Of a stretch of 64,000 bases of DNA, positions 11,501 through 24,059 are shown piece by piece. The stretch spans positions 35,652,001 through 35,716,000 of the forward strand of contig CM052818.1 of the NCBI GenBank assembly GCA_028534125.1, read 5' to 3'. The translations under genes and the position numbers were made by a program. Origin of the DNA: Lama glama. Lineage: Eukaryota. The notes below the pieces were generated by a model, which did not search any database, was not told the DNA's origin, and saw nothing but the letters and a program-made list of their open reading frames with translations. Position 1 is the stretch's first letter. Each line of letters begins with the position of its first letter.

Positions 11501-14500
11501 ACAGAGGTCCAGCGAGTGACCCAGAGGCAGAGGCCAAGCCAGGGAGACCCTCACATTGAGGCAGAAGCATCAGAGACCCAGAGAAGGGCAGAGAGAGAAA
11601 AAGAAGTGGCATTCAGGCCAATGCCGTCAGAGAGAAAAACTGCAGTGGAATCAAAGGAGGGACCCAGGTGTAACCACGGGGAGCGCCAAATGGTGGCCTG
11701 GCCAGGCCCTGAGCAGGTCACACTGGAAAAGCAGTGCAGGAGCCGCTGGGCGACCCCGCCCAGAGACGGACGGTAACTTCCCTCTGACTTGTTCCATGCA
11801 GATTTGCCAGCCATTCTGCTGCCCATTAGCCCTTCTTCCTCCCAGTGACCCCCTCGAGGGGTCTGTCTGTGTCATTGCACCACAAGGACACTGAGGCCTG
11901 GGAAGGTGGTCATTTGTCTGAGGTCCCCTGTAGCATCAAGGCCAGTGCCCAAGGCTGAGCTCTCTGACGCCTCAGGGCCTGTCCTCCAGGTGAAGGCACT
12001 GAACCTCTGAGCTGGCAGGAGCTGATGAGGGGTCTGGGCCCTATGCCAGGCACCCTCTTGCCCCATCCATCTACTCCATCATTGTTGTGGGTACACCCGG
12101 CAGGCACCTTGCCTCTCTGCACGAGTGCCCTGTTTCCTGCCCTGGCACCCACCGCTCAGCCTCCCTGAGGCTCGCACATACCTGGAAGTACTTGAGAGTA
12201 AATCCACCAACAGGTGACCCTATCCAATGCGGGAGGGAAGCAGATGGGTGACAACTCCCTCCTTCCAGCTATGCAGCAAATCATGCTGAGGGGTCTCCTG
12301 CATGGCTCCCATGACAGTGATCACTTGGCACACACCCCTGTATTTACCAGCTTTCCCACCTTCTTTCCCTGGGACTCACTCTCCCAATTAAACCACATGC
12401 AGGGCCCATCTCGGGCTCTGCTTCCAGCTAAGGCCCCAGACAGGGCTCTCCTGGGGCCCAGCACCAGGGGAGCTGCGGGTCTTCTCTCCTCCTACTTCTC
12501 TTTCCCCAGGACACCAGGCTTCTGCTCTGATCTATTGTTTGCTGGATTCAGGAGCCACCACATTTCCCAGAGGGGCCAAAGCACTCTTGTTTACCCAATA
12601 ACAATTCTCAGCAATCATCTCTAGTCTCAAACCATACAAACAAAAGGTGCCTTCCGCAAACAGGTATCCTGTCCAAGTGGATCCTGGGATAGGGTGGGGG
12701 CCGAGACGCACTGCAAGCTTTTACCCACACCCAAGATTCCGTCTTCACATTAGGACACATGTCATAGGCAAGACACCCACACAGCCATTCATGGTCTTGG
12801 GTTGTGTGGGTGTGTGCATGTGTGTGTGCGTATATGTTTTAAAGATAGATTTACTGTATCTTTTCATTGCAAAAGCAATGCATGCCAGTTGTCCAGATTA
12901 CAATGCAAAATGCGTAGCTTAGAACCTGAGCTTCTGCCTTTTCACTTGAGTATGATTATTGCTAGTTGCCCCTGCACCAGGATGTGTTCAGGGTCAATGA
13001 ATGAGGTCTGTTGGTCCCCTCGGGGACAGCCAGCTGCACTTATAAAGTACCATTTCTTCTTAAGGAAACCATCCATTCAATGGCTGCCTCATCCTGTAGG
13101 TTGCACCTACTAGGTGCCAGGTACTGGAGAAGCAGTTGTGAGGGAGACAGATGAGGCTCTTGTGGCCTGTCTCTGATGAGTTGCGTTTTCCCTGATCTCC
13201 TCTTCTGCTCTGCAGTATTCACTCAGTTGCCTCTGGCTCCCACGGAGCCCCAATGAGGGGCTGCAGCTGTCCTGCTGGGTTCCCTGCATCCACAGGGAAG
13301 GGCTGCATGCATAACCCAGAATGCAGAGCAGGAATAGGGCTGTGCTGTGGGTACTGTCCTGCTGCTGAGCCTTTGCAGTAGCTCTGGCCAGCCAGATCTT
13401 CCCCTCTGGTCATGTTTCAGGTCACCTGTGCTCAGCTAAGGGTCTGTCTTGTTGGTCGATGTGGTGCCCTGGCAGAGATGGCAGGCATCCTGAGGGCAGG
13501 GGCAGGTGGGGTGGTATTTCTGGTCTTTCCTGATGCCTGGCCCAGCTGGGCATCCTGTGTGCTCTCAGCACAGATTTGCTGAGCAGGTGCCCACAGCCAA
13601 GAGAGGAGGGTTGTGAGGGGCAGGGAGTGGAGCAGTGAGGTCTGCAGTCAGGGCAGGAGGGGCAGGAGACTGGGGTTTTTTACCAGGGGTGTCTCTGTGA
13701 GGAACCCTCTCCCTTCACAGGGTGCATGGGCAGGAGAGGCTGGGGCATGGGAGGTGGCAGGAGGCCCGGGAGGAAACCCACAGGACCCAGGAGCTGGGCA
13801 TGGCCTTGCAGAGCAGGAATCCCCACAGAACTCCAAGGGTGGGCATGTGTGCCAGGAAAGGCCGAGAGACTCACAGAGGGCACCATGTGGGTGTCCCTTG
13901 TGGCCAAGCATCCCCAAATAGCATTTATCAGCTTTTTCCCCTTTAATTAACATATGTTCCTTCGTTAAGTAAAAAAAAAAAATCATGCCTCCTTTAACAT
14001 TGTGTAACAATTCAAAATAGATATTTGGATTTCAAACAAATTAAAATAATGGGGGAAAACGCTGCTCTATTCAAATTACCCTCTGCCTAAATCTGATGTT
14101 ATTTCCTCACCTTTGGAAGCAAAGCCCTAACAAGTTCGGGCTGAGGTCGGCAGGTTTACAGAATTAGTGTGAGGGACTGACAGAAACAGCTGTGATGGGA
14201 TCAATTATCTGATGAATCTAGTCCCTGTGGGATGTGAGCTGACGCCTGAGGTTCTAGAAAGGTCACTCGTGGATAATCTCAGGAGCTCAAAGAGGCATCT
14301 TCATCCAGGGCTTGGATGGCTGAGTTTCTCTCTTCTCTGACTTACTTCTTCAGTTCACCCCAGGGAGGGCACCCTCTAATGCTGCTGGCTATCCTCAGCA
14401 ACTGTTTCTCCCCATAAACTTATTTTTTTTTTCAAAACAACCTATCTCCCTCCTCTCCTTTCATCTAAATTCCTACAGCCTGTGGTTGATCTTGGCAAGA

Positions 14501-14749
14501 TGTTGTCAAATCCAAGGAAAGTAGTTTATACTATGGTGTAAGAGACTGACAACTTAACCACTGAAAGGAACATTTGAGTTTTTAACAGCTTGTGAATTCA
14601 AAAACGTCTCAAACAGGTGGAATGTGCACAAGAGATCTTTTTGAAGTAGGGTCTCTCCCAATTCCACGTGCCTACTGGGCCACACCTACCCGCTTCCTTC
14701 AAGAACCAGGCTCAGCTGCGGGCCCTTCTGCGGAAAGCTCAGGCCCCGT

Positions 14750-15860
14750 GCTCTGGCGTTTGGGCTGCCAGGGTGGGCGGAGACACAGGCCGGGCGCGCC
14801 CGGCGGGGCAGCCGTCCCCAAACCTCAGCCCCCGCCTCTCCAAGCCCGGAAGGAAGCCGCGGCAGAGGAGGGGGCGCTAGGGATGCCCCGAGCGCGCCTC
14901 ACCTGCGGGAGGGCACGTCCCGGGCTTTTATCTTCCGAGACGGGGCCTGCGCGGGGAAGGCGCTGATTCGCCCATCCTTCCTGCCGCCGCCCACCCGAGC
15001 TTCCACGCAGCAGTAGCCGCCAGCTCGCCGCCCGGTGCCGGAGCGTGGGGCCGCTGGGGCCCCTCCAACTCTCGCCCCCGCGCTCCTACTGGCCCTTCTC
15101 CTCCTTCCCCTCGCCGAGCCGGGTCTGGAGCGGGGCGCCTCACCCCCGCACCCCTCCAACTCCGGACGCGCTCGCCGAGAGGGCGGCGACTGCGGGGAGG
15201 GAGGGGCGCCGCCCGCCTCTCGGGGCCTGGAGCGCGCGTGGCCCCGGAGCCGCCAGCGCCGCGCGGGGACTCACTGTGCAGCGCGCCGCGCCCCGACTCG
15301 GCTGGCTCCGCTCGGCGCGCGGGCGGGCCAGAGGATGCTGGCGGGCTTCCCTGGCCTCGGCCCGCGCTCCCGCCGGCGAGGGCCCCGGATGCGCCCCTAG
15401 CCGCGCCGCCGCCGCCGCGACCACTGCGGGACCAGAGGGAGGGGGCCGGCCGCGCACGCCGGCCCCGCGAGCCGCAGCCCTAGCGGCGGACGCCCCCGAA
15501 TTTTCCAGCCTTCGTCGCCGCCTCCTCCTTCCTCCGGCGGCTGGGCGCCTGTGGATGCTGAGGGGCAGCCCTGAGCCTCTGCCGGCTGGATTCCCTGGCT
15601 GACGGCGGGAGAGTCGCGCCCGGGCCGGGGGCCGGGGACCGTGGCACTGCCAGAAAGGCGGGGCTCCGCGGGAAGCAGCCCCCCGGGCGCGCTGAGCCCT
15701 CCTGTCCCCCAAGCCGCACCCGTGACCCGGCCCCGAAGCCGGCGTAGGTACCGACCAGGACCACGCGACTCCCGAGTTCCCACACAGGTAAACGCAGGGG
15801 CAGGGCCGGCCTTCCGGAGGGCATACAGTGCCCCGAGGTGGGGAGCCCGAGTCGCCACGG
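14750..15860. promoter_or_regulatory. ADCY3: CpG island / GC-rich promoter of ADCY3
   Basis: Abrupt rise in GC and CpG density. Contains GC boxes (GGGCGG ~14774, CCCCGCC ~14830) and a (GCC)n run at ~15405-15418. Lies 0.5-1.6 kb upstream of the ADCY3 ATG. Confidence 0.9.
15270..15787 (+). other. ADCY3: Probable non-coding first exon of ADCY3 (boundaries uncertain)
   Basis: Lies inside the CpG island. Candidate donor CAG|GTAAAC at 15787/15788, with an alternative TAG|GTACCG at ~15747. The start is a guess from an Inr-like CTCACT at 15270. Confidence 0.4.
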
Positions 15861-16251
15861 GCTGGATGGGAAAGGAAGTAAACATAGGAAGATTCGGAAA
15901 CCCCCAGGATGGCTCTGGTTTCTTTCTAGCATGTTTTATCTTCACCTTTTAAAGCTTGGGCCTGGAGGAGATTTAGGTGAGGAAGTCAGGGAGTGAGGGA
16001 GACCAGGGGTGCGTCGGATGGAGAGGTGGCCAGGCCCGTCCACAAGCCAGAGACAGGAAACGGAGTGTTTGGGTGGACAGGACTAAGTGTGCCTGTGGTC
16101 GGGTGGTGGCGTGGGGGTGGCTCGGGGAAAGGCCCTGGTTCTGGAGCCTCTGCAGCAGGGATTCTTTTAGGAGGGCTAGGGTGGGTGGTGGGGAAAGCAC
16201 AGGTAGGAAGGAAGAGGTGCTTCTACTTAGTCATATCCTTTTAAGTTCCAG

Positions 16252-16395
16252 ATGATCAGCGCTACCTGTGCCCCAGACACCGGCTCTGCGTTCCTGCCCG
16301 ACGTGGTTGGCCCTTAGCCTTTCCCCGTTCCAGAGCCCCTCCTGTGTTCCCCATCCAGTTCCCCAGAGCCAGTAGAAGCAGACACGGCAGCCAGG
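16252..16395 (+). other. ADCY3: 5' UTR part of the ADCY3 ATG-containing exon (acceptor uncertain)
   Basis: Pyrimidine-rich acceptor tcatatccttttaagttccag| at 16251/16252. An alternative acceptor attcttttag| lies at 16170/16171. Confidence 0.45.
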
Positions 16396-17070
16396 ATGCC
16401 AAGGACCCAGGGCTTCTCTGATCCCGAGTACTCGGCAGAGTACTCCGCCGAGTACTCCGTCAGTCTGCCCTCTGACGCTGACCGAGGGGTGGGCCGGACC
16501 CATGAAATCTCTGTCCGGAACTCGGGATCCTGCCTCTGCCTGCCCCGCTTCATGCGCCTGACCTTCGTGCCCGAGTCCTTGGAGAACCTGTACCAGACCT
16601 ACTTCAAAAGGCAGCGCCATGAGACGCTGCTGGTGCTGGTGGTCTTTGCGGCCCTCTTCGACTGCTACGTGGTGGTCATGTGCGCGGTGGTCTTCTCCAG
16701 CGACAAGCTGGCTCCTCTGGCCGTGGCCAGTGTTGGGCTGGTGTTGGACATCATCCTCTTCGTGCTCTGCAAAAAGGGACTACTCCCCAACAGGGTCACC
16801 CGGAAGGTGGTCCCCTACCTGCTGTGGCTGCTGATAACAGCCCAGATCTTCTCCTACCTGGGCCTGAACTTCTCCCGCGCCCACGCTGCCAGCGACACGG
16901 TGGGCTGGCAGGCCTTCTTTGTCTTCTCCTTCTTCATCACGTTGCCCCTTAGCCTCAGCCCCATCGTCATCATCTCTGTGGTCTCCTGTGTCGTGCACAC
17001 CCTCGTCTTGGGGGTCACCGTGGCCCAGCAGCAGCAGGATGGGCTGAAGGGGATGCGGTTGCTGAGGGAG
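16396..17070 (+). CDS. ADCY3: Adenylate cyclase type 3, first coding exon (aa 1-225: cytosolic N-terminus and most of the first transmembrane cluster)
   Basis: Translation [27 protein letters not shown]...[30 protein letters not shown]...LKGMRLLRE is the recognisable ADCY3 N-terminus. ATG has A at -3 (ccaggATGc). The exon ends at a consensus donor GAG|GTGAGT (17070/17071). 675 nt, phase 0. Confidence 0.97.
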
Positions 17071-20000
17071 GTGAGTCCCGCCTGCCTTCCCACCCAGTGG
17101 CTTCCCTTCCCAGCAGCTCTCAGTCGAGGTGGCACCTGTTTAGACAGTTGGGGTGGTGGTGTTTTCTTTGCCCTTGAATCAGAATGTGTGCTGGGGGGAG
17201 CTCTGGGGCTCTCAGCTACTTGTACCTCTCCTTCGACCCTTGGCTTTGCAATACAGCTTGTCTGTGCTTGGCCCTAGGGATCAGAGGATGTCCAGACATT
17301 GGTCCTCAGGGCCACTCTGTCACTCGTGCCTAGCCTGGGTGGGTGGCAGGAAGGCCCTGCTGGGCCTGGTCTCCAGCGAGGCAGCCTTGTCCTGGCTATT
17401 CCCTGTCCTTGACCTCTGCCAGGAAGACCTCTGGTGGGCAAGGAGGGCTCCCTTGGCTTCCGGTCTCTAGCCTGTCATCGACTAGCTTTGGCAAGGCACT
17501 GACTGCGTGGACTCAGTGCCCCTCTGTTGAACGGGGATAGTGTCTACCTGCCTGAAGTGGTTGTTACCAAGATCAAAGGCTGTGGATGACGCGCACAAGG
17601 AGACATGAAGGACTGTAGGGAGGGAAGGTGTGTTTGTCATAGATGGCACTTCTGCCACTGGGAGCTCGGGGTGCCCGAGCAGTCAGGTGAGGTGGAGAGT
17701 GGCAATCTCCCCACCGAAGGCGTGGTGTGGGGGCGCAAATGGAGAGAGTGGTGCCGGCCACAATGAGGAGGGTCTGCTAGTTCTGGGGGATGTTTTCTGT
17801 TGGAGGGGGCGGAATTTTGGCCTCAGCTTAACTAATAGTCTTGTGCTCCTGCCAGGTGCCAAGACCCAGGTAGGTGCTGAGGGGCTGCAGAGATGGGGAG
17901 ATGTGATTCCTGGTCTTCTGAGCTTATTATTTGGTAACCTATCTTGGGGTGCTGGGGAGCTCCACAGGGCTTAGAGTCGCTGAATTCCACAGTTGTGCGT
18001 CCTGCCTGCTATCTCATTTTCTATACGAGCACAGAGATGAAGAGTGACCTCCCTAAGGCCACACAGCTAGTTATGACAGTCATGTGGCTGGAGCATCCAT
18101 TGCTTCATTCCATTCCGGTGCTCTCCACTACATCAGTCTCCTGGGATTGGGGGCTGGGTCTCCAGGGGCACAGCGGTGATGCAAGAACCCAGTGGGGCTG
18201 TCCCATTGCCTCCCACTTGGTTAGAGGAAAAAACAGGTTTTTCCTCTGTTGTAACTTTTTCCTGGTTCTTGGACCAAGATTCTTCCTGTTTTCCCGCTCT
18301 GAGTCGTGCAGTGTGCCCTTTTGAGAAGCTTTGGGCCTTGATTCTGCAGGATCCCAGCCCTGGTGCACATGGATTCATGCGGTGCACCAGAAGGTCCCCT
18401 TTCCTCCCAGTGCGCTGTCCGTGAAAGGTGGCAGCCTGCCATTCCTCTCATGACTTCCGGGTTAGTGAACTTCAGGTTGTGCCTCTGCCCGCAGAGAGCC
18501 CTGCTGGAAGCTGTCGGAGTGAGAATGGCAAGAGGCATTTCTATTGGAAATCAGTGGAGAGTCCAGCCTGGTGGCAGATAGGTGGGCATGGCAGCCTCTG
18601 GGGCCTGGGCTCAAACTCTGAACCCTTACCTTTCGCTGAGCAGTCACTTTCCTCTCTGCCAGGGTCCCTGGACGATGTGAGTTTCCTATATGCTTCACTG
18701 TCTACGAAGGGAGCAAATCAGAAATTCTCCCCATTAGAGCCCAGAGGCTGACCCCTTGATTGCTGGTGTCCTTTGGACACTGCTAAGGAACAAAAGCTCA
18801 AAAAAATAGGAAACGGGGAAAAAAAAAGATAGGAAAACAAGTAAATCAAGAATAGCAGTATTAGCATCCCAGGAGATCATGATCTTGACATGGAAGCAGG
18901 GCCTTGGATGAAGCTTTGGGAATAGACGGGGAAGGGGAGGTGGTGCCCAAGGTCTGTTCCAGAGCCTGAGATAGAAAGCAGGAGGTCCTAGCTTTCAGTG
19001 GGCTATGTTCCAGAAGTTTCTGAGTCACTTGTTTTGGGGACTAATGTGACTTTTTAAAAGGTGCCTGGATTCCCAGGCCCACGCACCACAGTCTTAGGTC
19101 ACAGTGGTCCCTGCGTTTGGCCTCTCAGAAGACAGTGGAACCCCGAGCGTCCTGTGGCCCCTCGTTGCTGTGGGGGGAGCACCTGGACACCTTCCAAGCC
19201 ATGGAATGAAACTTGGTTACCTGCCTTTTACCTCCCGGGATAAGGTGCCATCAAGGAAAGGAGAGGGCAGGGGCTGGAGGACAGGGATGTGAGAACCAGG
19301 TGGCCAGACTCCTCCTCCCCCGACCATCACAGTAGCATCAGGAACCTTCTCCAGCGCCCGACACCTCCTTGCTTTGCTATCTCCTGCCCATAGACTCCCT
19401 TTTCCTTTCTCTTCTCCTAGCACCTGTTGGCTCTAGCCAGGGCCTCCCTCCTGGGTTGGTGGGGGATGAGCCCAGTTTCACGGTTAGAAGCAGACACTGG
19501 ATTTCCAGGGGGCTGGGAGTGCCTTAGTTGCTGCGGTCACTGGCAGCACTGAAGAAGCATTTCCAAAGCCTATACTTCCTCATCTGCACCCCTCATCCCT
19601 CCAGACCGGTACTTGGCTCTGTAGGGGAAAGACAGAAAGACACAGGGGCCCCAGGGTAGCCTGAAGTGTCAGAGGTAAGCAGTGCAGCCTGCCTCAGCTC
19701 TTCTCACGGGGATTATGCGGGTCAGGGTTCCGACAGGAAGATCAAGTGGAGTCGGGGCCATGGGATGGGCTGTGGGAAAGAGGTGCTGTTGAGGCTTCAT
19801 TTATTAGTGAGTGGGTGAGTGACTATTACTGAGCAACAGCTATGGGCCTCGCGGCCTGTGGGGTCTGGGAGTAAAGGGGGTCAGACTGACGTCAGAGGCT
19901 GCAGTGGAGGAGGGCAGGGCTAGGGCTGGGGATCAGGGGAGCAAGCTGCCGCTGGCAGGCTTTCCCCACATCCTCTCCTTGTCTGGGTCCTGGCACAACT

Positions 20001-22487
20001 TGCCTTTTACTGCCCAAGGCTGCCCCATGAGGGGGTCGAAGGCAGGACCAGGCAGCTGCTGCTGGGTGGGGAGAAAATATAGTGGAGACAGGGCATGTTC
20101 CTGTGGCCAGTGGCTGCTCCCAAGACCCTGACATGTGCCCTCATACACCTGTTAGCTTCTGATAGACTCAGGATGCTGTGCCAAGTTAGTGGCGAGGAGC
20201 CCCTGAGAAATGTTTTATAGCAGAAAGGCTATTTGGGAGCAGAACTCTCTCATGGAATTAATAGCTTCTTAAGACTTTTATTCACAAATTAGAACACGAT
20301 AGACCCATGGATGTGTGATTCCTTTCACACCTGCAAGTTACATAGCAATTCATTCGCCCAGTGAATGAACATTCAGCTCCAAAGGACTAAAGGGAGCTGC
20401 AGCGGGGAGGGCGTGAGGGAGGCAAGCCTTCAGATGCCCTGTCTAGGCTGAAGCTAAGGTTCTGTACAAGTCGTCTCAATTAATCCTGGGTGTTACTGGC
20501 TCCATTTTACAGATGAGGATACTGAGGCTCGGGGAGGATGAGAGGGAGAGGGGCTGGATAATTGGGGAGGGGTCACTGGTGAGGGAGAAGGTGGGACACA
20601 CACTGGTGGGTGTGAGGGGCAGGGGACTTCCCAGAAAGCCTTTTTCTCTGGAACCTGGCATCTGGGCCTCCTCCTTGCTTCTCTGGCTGCCCCAAGATGT
20701 CTTTGCTGAGCCTTGTTGAAGAACCATGCCAAGAAGTGGGAGGCCCTAAAATATCATAGGAAGCACCCTCTCTTTCCCCCTGGGAATTGGACGCAAGGAG
20801 GGGAGAAGCCTGTGACAGAATGTTCCTGGTGGGAACATGGCCAGGAGTACATGAGAAATGAGGGGGTGAAGGGGAACGGGAGCTGGGTGGGGAGGCAGGG
20901 AGGCAGCAGCCAGAGGCTCTGAGCAGCCTAGGCAGCCGAAGTGTGTGTGGGACACAGGGTGGGAGGGGACAGCGCCAGCCCAGTTCTTGGCCTGTTGGCC
21001 CTGCACTCTGCCCCCAGCCCAGGGTGGGACAGAAGGCTCATTCTCCATGAAGAGTGTGCAGATGGGCATCGTGTAGGAACCAGAATAATAAGGAAATGCA
21101 TAGAAGGGGACTGGGAGGCCAGCTGCACATGGGGAAGAGTAGCCAATTATTAAACATATAAACAGCTTTGCAGAAAGTCCCCCCTCAATCCCTCCCCCGT
21201 CACATCTCTCTGGGGCCTTTTCCAATCCTTATCTGTGTGTAAACAGAGCATTTCCAGTCTGTCATCATCATGCACATGCAATTTAGGTCCCACCTTTCAC
21301 CCACGTTATTTCACTGACATTTTGCCACGCACAGCAGAGTCCTTGTGTTTATTATTTTAAATCAGCACTTGATCATCAGCTGGGGTTTTCTGGAGAGGAA
21401 GCTGGAGCCCAGGGCTGGGCCAGTGGGGCCAGGTTCAGACACCACTCTCCCTGCCAGGGTCTCTCCCTGCCCCCTCAGGCTACCTCAAGAGCTCCAAGGT
21501 ACACTGTGTGTGTACACGTGTGCACATACACACACACCATGCACATACCCCTGGGCTTGGTCGGCCCAACAGCGCTGGTGAAATCTCCGTGAGACAGAAT
21601 TGCTAGGACTCAAGGTTATTCTGCAGTTTTTTCATCAACCTACGGCAAGCCCCACTAGGGTGCTCCATCCCTGGATAAACATTCCACGCCTCCCCACCAG
21701 GCTGTCCCGTAAGGGACATATGCACCCTAGATGATCTTCTGTGGGTGCAGTCCTGACCGACACTCAGACGTGTGTGCTCAGAGATAACCCCCCGGTGCAG
21801 CCCAGTGAACATGAGGAGGGACAAGGGGCCCACGTTTACTGAGCTCTTGCTTATGTTTCAATTCAGCATCTTCCACCAAGAGGTAGATAGTATTTTCATC
21901 TTACAGATGGGAGGACTGAATGTGTGATGAGTGCAATGGCTCAGCTGGGGCTGTGGAACTAGTAGGTGAGAGCAGAATTCAAATCTAGATCACTGGGCTT
22001 CCAGAGTTCATTCTCTTCTGCAATCTTAGAAGAACCCCTTAGATCTTCCCTGAGTCAGCTGAAATATAGTCCCAACAGGACTGGGTCGTTAGTTGCTCCA
22101 CCCACAACTACCAGAAGGAGCAGTGGTGGGGGGGGCGAGGAGGTGTTTCTGGGGGCAGAGATACTGCCGCTGATCAAGTTGCATAGCTGTCTGGGGGGCT
22201 CAGTGTTGCAGCCGGCAGTCCCTATACACCTGTGGCCGGAGGAGGCATCATTATATTACTGGACATTGTAGTAACTGATGTCCAGAGTGATGACCCCACA
22301 TCAAGAAAATAAATTAAATTACATTTGGCATAAAGTGAGGTCTAGGACTGCATTCAGAAAGCAATTTAATCATAAATGAATAATAACAGGTTTGGACAAA
22401 TAAGGATTATATTTTGATTCTCTGAGAAGTTCACTAAGTTCACCATTTCCCAGTGGCCTCACTGCACACGTAGCCCTTCACTTACCA

Positions 22488-22975
22488 TGTGTTTCAGTTA
22501 TCCATTGTATAACATATAACCTCAAAACTTAGCAGCTTAAAACAGTAATAGTTTATTATCTTGTGATTCTGTGGGTTTACCGTGCTCAGCCAGGTGTTGC
22601 CTTGCTTCACGTGGCACTGGCCGGGGTCACTCACGTGGCTGCCTGGACTGTTTCATTCAGTGCCAACATTCAGCTGATGGCTATGCTGGCAAGCTCTAAG
22701 AAGACCTTACTCATGCATGTCTGGAGCCTCAGAACTTCTGCAGTGACCTCTCCAAGTGGTTAGCTTGGGCTTCCTCACAGTGTGGTGTTGTCCCGGAGAA
22801 GGTGGAAGCTACCAGAGGTTTTAAGGGGTAGACCCACCATTATTGGTCAAAGCAAGCCACAGGGTAACCTAGGTGCAAGATAAGGGGAAATTGATTCTAC
22901 CCCTTGATGTGCTGGTGATATGTCCATACAGGGAAGGAGGGAATGGAGGGCAGCTGTCTCCTGAGGCTGTCTACT
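22488..22975 (-). mobile_element. Old MLT1-type MaLR LTR
   Basis: aacctcaaaacttagcagcttaaaaca...tttattatcttgtgattctgtggg...gcttgggcttcctcacag...attggtcaaagcaagccaca. Confidence 0.7.
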
Positions 22976-24059
22976 AAGCCAGGGACACACGGGGGATGCT
23001 GGGGAGGAGAGATGAGGAGGGCCGTGAGTCTGGGCAGGGCACCACAGGATGCTTCAGAAGTTAGGAATATGGTCCCCAGTAGGCTGTATAGTCTGTGGAT
23101 GTGAAACCTGCAGGTGCGGAGGGCCGACTACGTTCACTGTACTATGCTGCTTTATATATGACATTGTTGTCTGTGGGGACCCCAGAGAGACAACTGTATA
23201 TAACTCTTTGAAGGTATTGATTCTTTATGAGATCTAATACATCATTCTAAGATTTTTGGAAAGTCGGAACTACATTGCACACAAAAATGATGGCTTATAG
23301 TTCATCTGCACAGTCTTTGCCTTGCCTTACATTCATGAGAAGAATTTGTTCTCTTCTCAAACACGCGAACCTCCTCTGTCCAGGGCACTGCAGGGGAGGC
23401 AGCCCTGCCTCCATTTGTGACCCCAGCACCAGCCCCGGCCCTTTCTTTCTATACATCAGCCAGATGGGCAGCCCGGCTCTGACGTTTGTATGCCTTTCTC
23501 AGGAGGTGGGAGTTTGCTCTTGTACATCCTTCGGCAGCACGTTGAATTTGTCTTTTTTAGCAGGTTGCCATTCGCCTCGAGGGCAGAGCGAGACCGATGG
23601 TAGAACTCCTCTGCCACCCCTTGCAGTACCTTGGTCCTGACTATCAGTCTGTAAATGTTTGTTGAGTAAATACATTCCTGCTCGGCTTTTATCTTTATTT
23701 CCTTCCTCATCAGCGCTCATTGAGAGTCTGATAAATTTTTGGCTAGATCCAAGCTAGGGAAATGTTCTGATGTTAATCTAAGTAATTAGAGAGTGATTTT
23801 TTTAAAAGCAGAATTTATGTAACTCTTCAAGGGTGCTAATCAGTACGCCTTTGCCATTTGTTAATAAAGTTTTTCTGGTCTAGGGAAAAAGCAGCAATAG
23901 AGGAGGGTTCTTAGGAGCCCAGAAAAATGAGTCATTGATATTCTGTTGGCCTACTTCTGATCTTATCCTTGGACAAAAATGATTTGCATAAGATCATGTT
24001 GAAGAATGGCCAAGCAGAGTTGGAGCGCTCACCATCCCACCTTCACGCTTGTTTCTCCA

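Noticed and set aside
14592..15952. Many overlapping 100-190 aa ORFs on both strands
   Set aside because: Expected from stop-codon scarcity in a CpG island. The translations are A/R/P/G-rich and unrecognisable.
14200..16395. Olf-1/EBF (TCCCNNGGGA) sites, reported for the rodent olfactory Adcy3 promoter
   Set aside because: By eye I found only imperfect matches near the promoter (e.g. ACCCCAGGGAG at ~14357). The exact match I noticed, at ~2410, is far away. A PWM scan is needed.
16314..16620. Antisense ORFs over the first coding exon as a real antisense gene
   Set aside because: Explained by the palindromic repeat and GC3-rich codon usage. There is no independent promoter or splice evidence.
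17071..17277. In-frame continuation of the 293-aa ORF past the ADCY3 exon
   Set aside because: ADCY3 similarity stops exactly at the consensus GTGAGT donor. The remainder is intronic read-through.
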